Positions 27,871 through 36,772 of a DNA stretch of 64,000 nt are shown piece after piece. The notes under the pieces were generated by a model. That model was not told the origin of the DNA, made no database searches, and was given only the letters and a program-made list of their open reading frames with translations. The stretch's first letter is position 1, and each line of letters opens with the position of its first letter. Source of the DNA: Thermodesulfovibrionales bacterium (GTDB lineage Bacteria; Nitrospirota; Thermodesulfovibrionia; Thermodesulfovibrionales; SM23-35); the NCBI GenBank assembly GCA_030019415.1, contig JASEEX010000003.1:6583-70582 (forward strand), written 5' to 3'. The position numbers were made by a program, and so were the translations under genes.

Positions 27871-28009
27871 GATAAGGGATTGCCCTTGAGCGGATTCTTT
27901 TGCCGATATTCCAATGAGAAAACACCCATATATAAAGAGGCAAAAGCCTCGGAGTCCCGCACCATAACATGGTGCGGGACGAGAATGAGCGAAAGGGCAA
28001 TCCCTTATC
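27871..28009. repeat. Two-copy structured element, copy 1 (conserved core inside a private 17-bp perfect inverted repeat)
   Basis: Outer arms GATAAGGGATTGCCCTT / AAGGGCAATCCCTTATC. Core TTCTTTTGCCGATA…ATAAAGAGGCAAAAGCCTCGGAGTCCCGCACCATAACATGGTGCGGGACGAGAATGAGCGAA is shared with 59952-60088. Confidence 0.85.
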
Positions 28010-28034
28010 TTATCTTCACTTAAAAAATATTTGA

Positions 28035-28844
28035 CTACCACAAAATCTCCTCTATAGGAAATACCGGCCCATCTTTACAGACCATCTTGTAGCAAAGGGC
28101 TAAGGTTTGACTTTTAACTTTAATTGCACATCCCAGGCATGCACCAACCCCACATGCCATGTTCTCCTCAGCAGAGATATAACCCTTTATCCCTCTTCCA
28201 AGAGCAATTCTGGATACAGCCTCGAGCATTGGTTTAGGACCACAGGCATAAATTAAGTAAGAAGTCAGAAGTGAGAAGACTTCGGCGAGCTCAGTCGAGC
28301 CGTCAGAAGTTAGAAAATCATTTAAAACATCAACTACCGTGCCTTTTTCTCCCATAGAGCCATCGTCGGTGCTTATAATCAGTTCACCTGCTAATCCTTC
28401 CAATTCATCGAGCATCAGAAGCCCTTCTTTATCCCTTGCACCGTAAAATACGTATGCCCTTTTTGCAAAAGCCTCCACGAGAGAAAAGACAGACGCGATA
28501 CCTATACCACCTGCGATAAGTAAAGGCGTCTTATCACCTCCTGGTTCTGGGTATCCCTTACCGAGGGGGCCAAGGATATTTATAACCTCACCACCTCTGA
28601 AGCCCTTCATCATCATGGTACCCCTGCCCCTCACCTCGTATAAAAACTGAATTCCCTCTGATGTTTTTCTGAAAAAGCTAAAAGGTCTCTTAAGAAAAGG
28701 ATCATGGGAATTACTAACCCCTATCATATAGAACTGCCCGGGCTCAGGGTTGATTACTGGTTCTAAAGGCTCCATACTGAGGAGACCGTTTTTGCCATTT
28801 AAGGAAAGGTTATTTATTATCTTTGCCTTGAAGTGCCTACTCAA
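28035..28844 (-). CDS. pyrK: Dihydroorotate dehydrogenase electron-transfer subunit
   Basis: FAD/NAD-binding fold (PGQFYMI, RPFS, GGIGIA) and C-terminal 2Fe-2S ligands CGVGACLGC…C. Confidence 0.9.
   Translation of the reverse strand: MSRHFKAKIINNLSLNGKNGLLSMEPLEPVINPEPGQFYMIGVSNSHDPFLKRPFSFFRKTSEGIQFLYEVRGRGTMMMKGFRGGEVINILGPLGKGYPEPGGDKTPLLIAGGIGIASVFSLVEAFAKRAYVFYGARDKEGLLMLDELEGLAGELIISTDDGSMGEKGTVVDVLNDFLTSDGSTELAEVFSLLTSYLIYACGPKPMLEAVSRIALGRGIKGYISAEENMACGVGACLGCAIKVKSQTLALCYKMVCKDGPVFPIEEILW
28255..28317. repeat. In-frame heptamer array inside pyrK (63 nt = 9 x 7 = 21 codons)
   Basis: AAGTAAG AAGTCAG AAGTGAG AAGACTT … CAGAAGT TAGAAAA. The reverse complement carries CTTCTGACTTCT, shared with the fdhA and larC arrays. 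It encodes [21 protein letters not shown]. Confidence 0.75.
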
Positions 28845-29310
28845 AGCTGATCTCTAATATCTCATACTCCATGGTTCTTGCAGGCGCTTTAATCACCACA
28901 GTATCGCCAACCTCTTTACCGAGCAATGACCTGCCGACAGGTGAGTTTATAGATATCCTTCCATTCCTGACATCTGCTTCATCAGGACCTACCAGTATAA
29001 AGACATATTCCGCATCAGCTCCTGTGTCTAAAACCCTGACTTTCGCGCCGAAGGCAGCCTTTGTTTGATTTATTTTTGATGGGTCAATAACCTCAGCCAG
29101 GGCTAACTTTGCCTCGAGCTCCCGTATCCTTCCCTCGATAAAGGACTGCCTTTCCTTTGCAGCGTGATATTCTGCATTCTCCGTAAGGTCACCATGCGAC
29201 CTCGCTTCTGCAATCGCCTTTATAATACCCGGCCTCTCTACCTTCATAAGCCTTTCGAACTCTTCCCGGAGCTTTTGAAAGCCTTCGGGCGTTATCGGTA
29301 TTCTCTGCAT
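28837..29310 (-). CDS. greA: Transcription elongation factor GreA
   Basis: [14 protein letters not shown]…[20 protein letters not shown] lies 7 nt upstream of the ATG at 29310. Confidence 0.9.
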   Translation of the reverse strand: MQRIPITPEGFQKLREEFERLMKVERPGIIKAIAEARSHGDLTENAEYHAAKERQSFIEGRIRELEAKLALAEVIDPSKINQTKAAFGAKVRVLDTGADAEYVFILVGPDEADVRNGRISINSPVGRSLLGKEVGDTVVIKAPARTMEYEILEISFE

Positions 29311-29373
29311 CAGATTACCTCCATCAAACAAATTAATCTAACACTTTTCTGATAAATTTTTCTATATTATCCT

Positions 29374-31086
29374 ATGCGTTTTTCGAAGATGCTCATACCA
29401 ACTTTAAAGGAAACCCCTGCTGATGCAGAGGCCGTCAGCCATATATTGATGCTAAGGGCTGGATATGTAAGGCAGCTTACAGCAGGCCTGTATATTTATC
29501 TACCCCTCGGTCTCAGGGTTATAGAGAAGATAAGTAAAATCCTCCGCGAAGAGATGAATGCCATAGGCGCGCAGGAAATCACCATGCCCGTGTTGCATCC
29601 GTCAGAGGTATGGCAGCAGACAGGGAGATGGTATGAGATAGGAGAGGAGATGTTCAGGCTAAAAGACAGAGGTAGCAGGGACATGTGCCTCGGGATGACG
29701 CATGAAGAGATTATAGCGTGGCTTGCAGCGAGGGAAATCCGCTCCTACAGAGAGCTGCCACAGATATGGTATCAGATCCAGATAAAACTCAGGGATGAGG
29801 CAAGACCAAAAAGTGGGGTCATCAGGACAAGGGAATTCTTAATGAAGGATAGCTATAGTCTGGATGCAGATGAAAAGGGGCTTGAAAGGAGCTATCAACT
29901 CCATGCCGAGGCCTACCATAAAATCTTTTCAAGGTGTGGGCTTAAGTTTTATATGGTTGAATCAGACCCCGGAATGATGGGTGGCGCAACAGCTCATGAA
30001 TTCATGGCACCAAGCCCTGCTGGAGAAGATGAGTTTACAATGTGTGACGGTTGTGGATATGCCGCAAATATCGAACTTGCCCTCTCCATACCTAAAGAGG
30101 TGGAGGCAAAAAATTGGATTCTCGAAGAGGTCTATACACCTGAGAAAAGAACAGTCCAGGAAGTATCCGATTTTCTACAACTCGACCCGGAATATTTTAT
30201 AAAAAGCATACTCCTCATCAGTGATAAGGACCCTGTACTTGCACTCGTAAGAGGAGACCAGGAATTGCACGAAAAAAAGCTCAACAGGATTATAGGTAAA
30301 CACAGGCAAGCACATAAAGAGGAGGTGAAAGAAATACTTGGAGTTGAGGCAGGATTTATCGGTCCCATGGGTCACAGGCTCAAGATCATTGCTGATGCAT
30401 GCCTTAAAGAGGGTGTTTATGTAAGTGGTGCAAATAAACCACATTATCATGCAAAAGGTATAAGGCCGGGAAAAGAGTTCACTGCTGAGTGGAATGATAT
30501 ACATGTAGTAAAGGAAGGAGATTCTTGCCCCAAGTGTAATGCACCTCTCAGGGTCGAGCGCGCCATCGAGGTAGGAAATATCTTTATGCTCGGCACAAAA
30601 TATTCCATTCCTATGAGGGCATTCTATCTTGATAAAAATGGGCAGGAAAGACCGATTATCATGGGAAGTTATGGTATTGGTCCTGCAAGGATTGCAGCAG
30701 CAGCCATAGAACAGAACAATGACAGGGACGGTATCATCTGGCCCAAAAGCATAGCTCCCTTTGATGTGGAATTATTGCCCTTGAATATAAGGGATTCAAA
30801 GACAGTAGAGATCGCTGAGAAAATCTATAAGGGCTTAACAGAAGAAGGCATTGAGGTTTTGATGGATGACAGGGATGAAAGGGCTGGCGTGAAATTCAAA
30901 GATGCTGATTTAATAGGAATCCCCACCCAGATTATTATAGGCGAGAAGAATCTCAAAGAAGGACTCATTGAGATTAAGGATAGAAAGACAAAAGAGGCAG
31001 TAAAGGTAGGATTTAGAGAAGTCGTAGAAAAGATACTTCAGTCACAAATTCAAGCAGAGACGGGCAGGGCATACTTAAAATCTTAA
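29374..31086 (+). CDS. proS: Prolyl-tRNA synthetase (bacterial type with editing insertion)
   Basis: 570 aa with class II motifs (FRLKDR, IRTREFLMKDSYS, GSYGIGPAR) and an anticodon-binding domain. Confidence 0.95.
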   Translation: MRFSKMLIPTLKETPADAEAVSHILMLRAGYVRQLTAGLYIYLPLGLRVIEKISKILREEMNAIGAQEITMPVLHPSEVWQQTGRWYEIGEEMFRLKDRGSRDMCLGMTHEEIIAWLAAREIRSYRELPQIWYQIQIKLRDEARPKSGVIRTREFLMKDSYSLDADEKGLERSYQLHAEAYHKIFSRCGLKFYMVESDPGMMGGATAHEFMAPSPAGEDEFTMCDGCGYAANIELALSIPKEVEAKNWILEEVYTPEKRTVQEVSDFLQLDPEYFIKSILLISDKDPVLALVRGDQELHEKKLNRIIGKHRQAHKEEVKEILGVEAGFIGPMGHRLKIIADACLKEGVYVSGANKPHYHAKGIRPGKEFTAEWNDIHVVKEGDSCPKCNAPLRVERAIEVGNIFMLGTKYSIPMRAFYLDKNGQERPIIMGSYGIGPARIAAAAIEQNNDRDGIIWPKSIAPFDVELLPLNIRDSKTVEIAEKIYKGLTEEGIEVLMDDRDERAGVKFKDADLIGIPTQIIIGEKNLKEGLIEIKDRKTKEAVKVGFREVVEKILQSQIQAETGRAYLKS

Positions 31087-31213
31087 CGTAGCCTTATATC
31101 TCTTTTGGATTAAGCAGCAGATCAAGCCCGTCCTTAGCACTTGTAACACAAATACCAAAGCCAGGTATATCTATCTCAAGCATGAGTTACTCCTTTAAAG
31201 CCTTTTTTGAATA

Positions 31214-32386
31214 TTATATATGTTTTCTTTTTACCAGGAAGAACACCGGTATTGAAATCACCTCCATCAGAACCACAAATAGAATTATATAACTGATGGA
31301 AAGATCGTATAGCAACCCCATTAGTGGAGCCCCAAAAAACCAGGATGCTCCATATACTGTATTAAATATTCCATATGCGAATCCTCTACGTTCAGGAGGC
31401 GTTAAATCAGCAATTGCAGCACGCATGGTGGTTTCATGAATCCCCATCACTGCGCCCCAAAACACGACGCTCACCAACGTAAGGCTGTAACTTTGTGAAA
31501 AGGCAAAAAAAGGAATTGGAAGAGTCAGCAGGGGAATTGTTATCAGTGAGGTAAGTCCGGTCTTATCGTATACCTTTCCAATAATGAGCGCTACCAGAGC
31601 ATCTACCCCCATTGCGATTGCATAGAATATGGGAATCTGGATGTCAGAAACAACTGATTGGACCTTGAAATGATAGGAGATAAGCTGGAAGTTTGCAAAG
31701 CCTGCAACACTCAGAAAGATAAATAACGCATAAAACCAGAAAACACCAGGAAGTCTACCTTTTCCTTTTGCTTTTTCCCCTATACCTTCAATGGAGGTTT
31801 CGAGTTTCTCAGGCGAAGGAAATTTGATTCTTGCTACCACAAGAATGGCTAACGTCAAAAGAGCAGGGATCCATAAAATAGTAAACCCCTCACGATAGCC
31901 ACCCTCCAAAAAAAACACAGCAGAAAAGATCAAAGGTCCGATAATTGCGCCAATCTGGTCTATTGCTTCATGAATAGCAAACCCAAAACCTCTACCTACC
32001 TGCTTTGTGGCATGTGAAAGTATCGCATCTCTTGCGGGAGTTCTAATTCCTTTCCCCATTCGCTCAAGAATAATAAGGAAAGCAGCAAGTTGCCAGTAAC
32101 CAGCAAATGCTAATAGAGGAACAGAGAGAAGTAACACATAACCAATAATTGTTATTGGCCAATACGCTTTAGTGCGGTCTGCAAAATAGCCAGAGACCAA
32201 ACGCAATGCATATCCAATAAATTCACCGAGGCCAGCCACTAAACCTACGATGCCAGCGCTCGCACCTAAGATAGCTAAGTAAGGGCCTGTAACACTTCTT
32301 GCTGATTCATATGTTATATCTCCAAAGAGGCTGACAATTCCCAGGAGGATGATAAATTGGAAGGCTATCTTCTTTTGATTATCCAA
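31214..32386 (-). CDS. MFS transporter
   Basis: 390 aa with ~11-12 predicted TM segments and a GYFADR loop motif between TM2 and TM3. Confidence 0.8.
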   Translation of the reverse strand: MDNQKKIAFQFIILLGIVSLFGDITYESARSVTGPYLAILGASAGIVGLVAGLGEFIGYALRLVSGYFADRTKAYWPITIIGYVLLLSVPLLAFAGYWQLAAFLIILERMGKGIRTPARDAILSHATKQVGRGFGFAIHEAIDQIGAIIGPLIFSAVFFLEGGYREGFTILWIPALLTLAILVVARIKFPSPEKLETSIEGIGEKAKGKGRLPGVFWFYALFIFLSVAGFANFQLISYHFKVQSVVSDIQIPIFYAIAMGVDALVALIIGKVYDKTGLTSLITIPLLTLPIPFFAFSQSYSLTLVSVVFWGAVMGIHETTMRAAIADLTPPERRGFAYGIFNTVYGASWFFGAPLMGLLYDLSISYIILFVVLMEVISIPVFFLVKRKHI

Positions 32387-32430
32387 CTTTTATTTACATC
32401 TCACTTACTTAGTTCTCACTCTATCATATT

Positions 32431-34185
32431 TCATTCTATAACCTGTTGTCGCATTTTAACAAGATTACCTTTGATTTCATTCATCTTCTGTTCCGCTTCT
32501 AATAGGACCTGTTTTCGCTCCTCAACTGCTTTTTCACCTTTTGATTTCTGACTCATCCCTTTTTCTATAGCAGTAGATATTCCTTCAATGGTTGCTTCTA
32601 TCCTCTTGAGCATCTCCCACCTGAAATCAAGCTTGCTCTTGTCGAGCCTCTTTACAAAGTCATACCGTACCCTTCCACCCTGCATGTCCACCATCTCGAC
32701 CATATACTCTTTGGTCTTTCTAAGAAGAATTCTGTCGCCTATGAACTTAGGGAGTGAGAGTGTGAATGTTGTTGCGAGGACCTCGAGCACCACTGGTTCT
32801 TCCTTGAATTTATAGTAGAAGCTTGGTTTCACTGTCCATAGTTCTTCTGCCTTAAATTCCTCAAAGGGGATGTCGAAAAGCTCTGAAGAAAACTTCAAGA
32901 GAGCGTCAACGATTTCATTAATCTTCACGATAAATCTGCCGCATATTGATTCAAAGGCAGAGGCAAGTTTTCCATCCTCCTTCGCCCACCAGTTGTTATA
33001 GGCATTCCTTACTTCATCGATAGCATATTCCTCCAGGGCACTATTGAGCTGTCTAGATGGAAGTGACTGTTTCTCTTTATAGAAAGACTTTACTCCCTCT
33101 GTAAGTATGGAGGTCAATTCTTTCTTAAATTCCTGCTGATCTTCATCGAGCCCCTTGTTGACAAGCCTGTTCACCTCGCCCTCAAGGAGTATGTCAAAAT
33201 CCTGTTTTTCACGCAGAACCTCTTTTTTCTTTTTCTCAAAGGCTTCTATCTTCACCTTGAGCTCATCGAGTGGAGTAGTCAGTGACTTCATCTCGAGCTC
33301 TAATTCAAACATTGCCTGCGATAAAACTCTTAACAGGGTGTTTGATACAGAAAGAAGCAGAACCTTACCTTTTTCTTCCATAAGGAATCTATTCAGTATC
33401 TTTTCAAACTCTGGAAGAAAACTCTTCTCGAGGAGGTCTCTCGACCCAGATAATTTTCCATCAAGTGCAAGCTTTGCTGACAGAGGAAACATTTTCACGC
33501 CCCAGCCCATATACTCCTCAAGAATCCTTTTAGTGAAGGAAATGGACTCATTGAGGTCTTCAGCGCTCACATAATCTGCTTTGTTCTGGAGAAAGAATAT
33601 CCTGTGAGAGTATTCTTTTACATCTTTTAGAAACTCGATCTCTGCTTGGCCGACCGGCTGGTCAACTGACAGAAGAAATATTGCAGCATCTGATTTTGGA
33701 AGATACTGATAGGCAACATCCGTATTATGCTGATAAACAGAACCAACACCTGGTGTATCTATCAACCTCACACCGTCTTTAAGATAGGGTGAAGGATAGG
33801 TAATGACAACCTCCCGAACATCCTTTTCATTTTTAGGGTTTCCTTTTTCTGTCACATACTGGGGAAGGCTCTCAGGTTTAATCTCAGTCACCCTCCCATC
33901 ATTGAAATATACCTTTATCCTCAGTGCCTCACCGTACTTAACTATTGTCGCTATAGAGGTAAGAGGCACTATTGCTGTGGGCAATATTTCTGCTGCCAGG
34001 AGTGCATTGATGAGGGTTGTCTTACCTCTCTTGAATTGCCCGAGAACAACAAGGTTAAACACATTATTCTGGAGTTTATCTTTAAGTTCTTCGCAGGGAC
34101 AGCCAGGGATGCTTTCAATAGCAGTCATGGAATCAATACTTTTTAGAATCTCTTCTTTTAGGAGTGAATATTTATCAAGTATCAT
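32431..34185 (-). CDS. Dynamin-family large GTPase (bacterial dynamin-like protein)
   Basis: G1 GQFKRGKTTLINAL, G3 DTPG, G4 NKAD, followed by a long helical stalk. Confidence 0.85.
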   Translation of the reverse strand: MILDKYSLLKEEILKSIDSMTAIESIPGCPCEELKDKLQNNVFNLVVLGQFKRGKTTLINALLAAEILPTAIVPLTSIATIVKYGEALRIKVYFNDGRVTEIKPESLPQYVTEKGNPKNEKDVREVVITYPSPYLKDGVRLIDTPGVGSVYQHNTDVAYQYLPKSDAAIFLLSVDQPVGQAEIEFLKDVKEYSHRIFFLQNKADYVSAEDLNESISFTKRILEEYMGWGVKMFPLSAKLALDGKLSGSRDLLEKSFLPEFEKILNRFLMEEKGKVLLLSVSNTLLRVLSQAMFELELEMKSLTTPLDELKVKIEAFEKKKKEVLREKQDFDILLEGEVNRLVNKGLDEDQQEFKKELTSILTEGVKSFYKEKQSLPSRQLNSALEEYAIDEVRNAYNNWWAKEDGKLASAFESICGRFIVKINEIVDALLKFSSELFDIPFEEFKAEELWTVKPSFYYKFKEEPVVLEVLATTFTLSLPKFIGDRILLRKTKEYMVEMVDMQGGRVRYDFVKRLDKSKLDFRWEMLKRIEATIEGISTAIEKGMSQKSKGEKAVEERKQVLLEAEQKMNEIKGNLVKMRQQVIE

Positions 34186-34242
34186 TTCCCCCTCTGTCGA
34201 TACTCATTTCGGCAGGGTTCATGAATATGCTCTAAACTAAAA

Positions 34243-34310
34243 AACTCCTACAACCCCCACCCTGCCCTCCCCCTTAAAGGGGGAAGGATAGGGAGAGGGT
34301 GTTAGGAGTT
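34243..34310. repeat. Long imperfect G/C-tract hairpin (AACTCCTACAACCCCCACCCTGCCCTCCCCC-TTAAA-GGGGGAAGGATAGGGAGAGGGTGTTAGGAGTT)
   Basis: ~31-nt arms. Related CCCCC-TTA…GGGGG motifs occur in frame in priA at 22955-23015. Confidence 0.7.
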
Positions 34311-34504
34311 ATCAGTTCCGATTTGTCGGAACGGTTAAGCGAACTCCATCGCCTGTTTCACTTTACCACAACAAAAACATATAAAGCAAGTATCAATAGT
34401 ATCCGAGTTTCAGGCTTCGTATAGAAATAGCCTAATCTTTAAATACTTCCATTGTTTGCAAGTTTTCTCTTTAGAGGTTATATTACAGAAACATAAGTTT
34501 TACA

Positions 34505-35170
34505 TTGAATGAATATTTCGTGTACTTTTTACCTATATCCATAGCATTATTTCTGCTCTTCTTACTACTCATTCCCCTTCTGCTTATCCTCATGCCTGCT
34601 GTCGCCTTTGCAAAAATGGGATTGAGCCCCTTTGCGGGACTTATTTTTTACCTCCTGTGTCTTTTTGGAAGCACGATAAACATACCCATCTACCGAGAAG
34701 CATTACCACACAGAGAGGTCAATGAATTAGTCTCCTTTTTCCAGCAGTTCTTTCGTATCAGATTCCCTATGGTTAGAGAAAGAATCATTGCGATAAATCT
34801 TGGCGGTGCCATTCTCCCCATGCTTCTCAGCATCTATCTCTTAACATTCGCTGATATTAAAGCAACCATACTCGCAACCACAGTAACCACTGTTGCTTCT
34901 TACTTCCTGAGTAGACCTGTGAGAGGTGTGAGGATTGTGATGCCTGCATTTATTCCTCCGATTGTTGCAGCCTTGGCAGCGCTTATCTTCGCAAGAGAAC
35001 ATGCTGCTCCTGTTGCTTATATTTCAGGTGTTCTTGGAACACTCATCGGTGCAGACATACTCAGGCTCCCAAAAATAAGGGAATTCAATACCCCTTTCTT
35101 AAGCATCGGAGGAGCAGGGGTGTTCGATGGTATATTTCTCGTGGGTATAATATCTGCCCTTCTCTCCTAA
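34505..35170 (+). CDS. DUF1614-family integral membrane protein
   Basis: 221 aa, polytopic, with INLGGAILP and IGADIL motifs. TTG start (GTG at 34520 is the alternative). Confidence 0.7.
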   Translation: MNEYFVYFLPISIALFLLFLLLIPLLLILMPAVAFAKMGLSPFAGLIFYLLCLFGSTINIPIYREALPHREVNELVSFFQQFFRIRFPMVRERIIAINLGGAILPMLLSIYLLTFADIKATILATTVTTVASYFLSRPVRGVRIVMPAFIPPIVAALAALIFAREHAAPVAYISGVLGTLIGADILRLPKIREFNTPFLSIGGAGVFDGIFLVGIISALLS

Positions 35171-35215
35171 TTTCTCTTACCATCTTTTCTCTGTAGATAT
35201 GCTTTCCGATGAGCA

Positions 35216-35398
35216 CTACGCCACATTGTATCCTTTCACATCCAGTTTTATGCGCTCCAGGCAGTCTATAAGTGTAAGCTCTGTAACAAAGGAACTGAAA
35301 TATTCTGCAACCTTGAGGAGCCCCAGCGGCCTCAACCAGAAATTAAAGGCTGCAAAGTCATATATCCATGGGTTAACGAGGAGTATCCTTGGCTTCAT
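35216..35398 (-). pseudogene. N-terminal remnant of a B12-binding-domain radical SAM protein
   Basis: MKPRILLVNPWIYDFAAFNFWLRPLGLLKVAEYF…LIDCL matches the typical N-terminus. The ORF stops after 60 aa and no CxxxCxxC region follows. Confidence 0.55.
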
Positions 35399-35429
35399 AA
35401 GCCGTTTGTAAAAAGGGAGTCAAACGTTT

Positions 35430-36536
35430 TCATACATGAAACCTGAAGTTAACGATATCTCCATCCTTCACTTCGTAAGTCTTTCCTTCAAGTCTCAGGA
35501 GCCCTTTTTCTTTTGCAACACGCATGCTTCCTGCCTTGACAAAGTCACTAAAGGAGACAACCTCTGCCCTTATAAAACCTCTCTCAATGTCAGAGTGCAC
35601 CTTGCCAGCTGCCTTCAGTGCTTGAGTACCTTTTGGAATGCTCCATGCCCTTACCTCATCACCCACATAGGTAAAAAATGAGATGAGACCAAGGATGTCA
35701 TAGCAGGCATGAATGAATCTGCTCAGTGCTGGTTCCTCAATCCCCAGGTCATCAAGGAATGGCTTAGCCTCATCAGGAGAAAGCTGAGCAATTTCCATCT
35801 CCACCTTGCCGCACAGGGTCACTACCTTATCTCTGGGGTGCAGGGGATCAGAGGAAAATTTTAAAAAATACCTTTCCGCATCCTCCTGAAGTTTCAAAGC
35901 CCTCTCGGTATTTAAATCCCCCTCGCCTATATTCAGGACAACAACCTCTGGTTTAGTCGAAACAAACTGCAATGGCCTCATGGCCCTCTGCTCCTCCTCG
36001 TTAAAGCCAACATATCTGAGAGGAATCCCCTTTTCGAGGCTATCCTTACATCTTAGGAGCAGTCTCTTTTCTGCCTCATCAGGCTTTTTCCCTTTCTTTA
36101 TCGCCTCTTCCATCCTATGTAGCCTTTTTTCCACAAACTCGAGGTCTCCAAATATAAGCTCGAGCTCAACAGTTTCTATGTCCCTCAGAGGATTTACCGT
36201 ATTCATTGGATGTACAACTGCATCATCCTCAAAGGCCCTTACCACATGAGCAATAGCATCAACATCTTTTATGAGGTCGAAGACCTTTCTGTTTTGGTTC
36301 ATATCCCCTTTTGTAAGACCGATATAATCAATATATTCAACTGCTGCATAGGTAGTCTTCTTGGGTTTATATACCGCTGAGAGTCTGTCGAGCCTTGAAT
36401 CAGGTACTTTCACAACAGCGATATTCGGTTCACCTGAGGTCGTGGGATAGACAGTGGTCTCGATGTTCTGACCTGTAAGGGCATTAAAGACCGTTGTCTT
36501 TCCAGAATTGGATAGTCCGATGATTCCTATTTTCAA
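35430..36536 (-). CDS. ychF: Ribosome-binding ATPase YchF
   Basis: MKIGIIGLSNSGKTT, a coiled-coil insert and a C-terminal TGS-like domain (IERGFIRAEV). Confidence 0.9.
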   Translation of the reverse strand: MKIGIIGLSNSGKTTVFNALTGQNIETTVYPTTSGEPNIAVVKVPDSRLDRLSAVYKPKKTTYAAVEYIDYIGLTKGDMNQNRKVFDLIKDVDAIAHVVRAFEDDAVVHPMNTVNPLRDIETVELELIFGDLEFVEKRLHRMEEAIKKGKKPDEAEKRLLLRCKDSLEKGIPLRYVGFNEEEQRAMRPLQFVSTKPEVVVLNIGEGDLNTERALKLQEDAERYFLKFSSDPLHPRDKVVTLCGKVEMEIAQLSPDEAKPFLDDLGIEEPALSRFIHACYDILGLISFFTYVGDEVRAWSIPKGTQALKAAGKVHSDIERGFIRAEVVSFSDFVKAGSMRVAKEKGLLRLEGKTYEVKDGDIVNFRFHV

Positions 36537-36600
36537 GCCGCCCTCTTTACTAAGGGTATCATAAATTGAGACTCCTGAAAAGTCATAAAATAGTAAGAAA

Positions 36601-36693
36601 TGACATGCTGAACCCTGAATTTGTCATGCTGAATTTATTTCAGCATCTAATGAAATCATTTTGTTAAGAGACCCTGAAACAAGTTCAGGTGAC
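36601..36693. repeat. GTCATGCTGAA…TTCAGCATC / CCTGAAACAAGTTCAGG palindromic repeat units
   Basis: Three CTGAA-N-TTCAG palindromes in 93 nt. Same family as 61-156 and 12248-12306. Confidence 0.75.
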
Positions 36694-36715
36694 AGAAACA
36701 AAAACCTCGCTCAAG

Positions 36716-36744
36716 TTGACAACGTGAGTCATAAAAAATACAAT
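36716..36744 (+). promoter_or_regulatory. Sigma-70-type promoter TTGACA-17-TACAAT upstream of htrA
   Basis: Perfect -35, 17-nt spacer and 5/6 -10. AGGAGG is at 36762-36767 and the ATG at 36773. Confidence 0.65.
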
Positions 36745-36772
36745 CATATAATTACAAAAACAGGAGGCAAGA

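Noticed and set aside
26924-28000. Tracked long form of pyrD (358 aa), and the 63-aa ORF at 27850-28041.
   Set aside because: The N-terminal 47 aa of the long form are translated from the structured repeat element and have no PyrD homology. The conserved protein begins at MDLTVNIG (27859).
27871-28009. Hammerhead, twister or other small self-cleaving ribozyme, a retron msr/msd, or an integron attC as the identity of the two-copy element.
   Set aside because: No CUGAUGA…GAAA hammerhead core or twister-like conserved loops were seen. No reverse transcriptase or integrase is nearby. attC sites have conserved outer boxes and a variable centre, which is the opposite of the pattern here.
27967-28032. 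Short ORF starting MVRDENER inside the two-copy element (also at 60047 in copy 2).
   Set aside because: Only the first eight codons are shared because they lie in the conserved core. The downstream sequence and length differ completely and there is no RBS. The conservation is nucleotide or structure level, not protein level.
29363-29376. Leaderless start for proS (TATATT/TATTAT 4-6 nt upstream of the ATG).
   Set aside because: No convincing -35 at a 16-19 nt spacing, and the AT-rich context makes a chance -10 match likely.
31094-31183. 29-aa ORF MLEIDIPGFGICVTSAKDGLDLLLNPKEI with a good RBS, convergent with proS.
   Set aside because: It is too short to call as a gene. The resemblance to the start of soluble P-type-ATPase-like HAD proteins rests on memory of about 10 residues. 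It is used only as contextual evidence in one finding.
35199-35411. 70-aa plus-strand ORF.
   Set aside because: It is antisense to the radical-SAM N-terminal remnant, which has a far more convincing family match.
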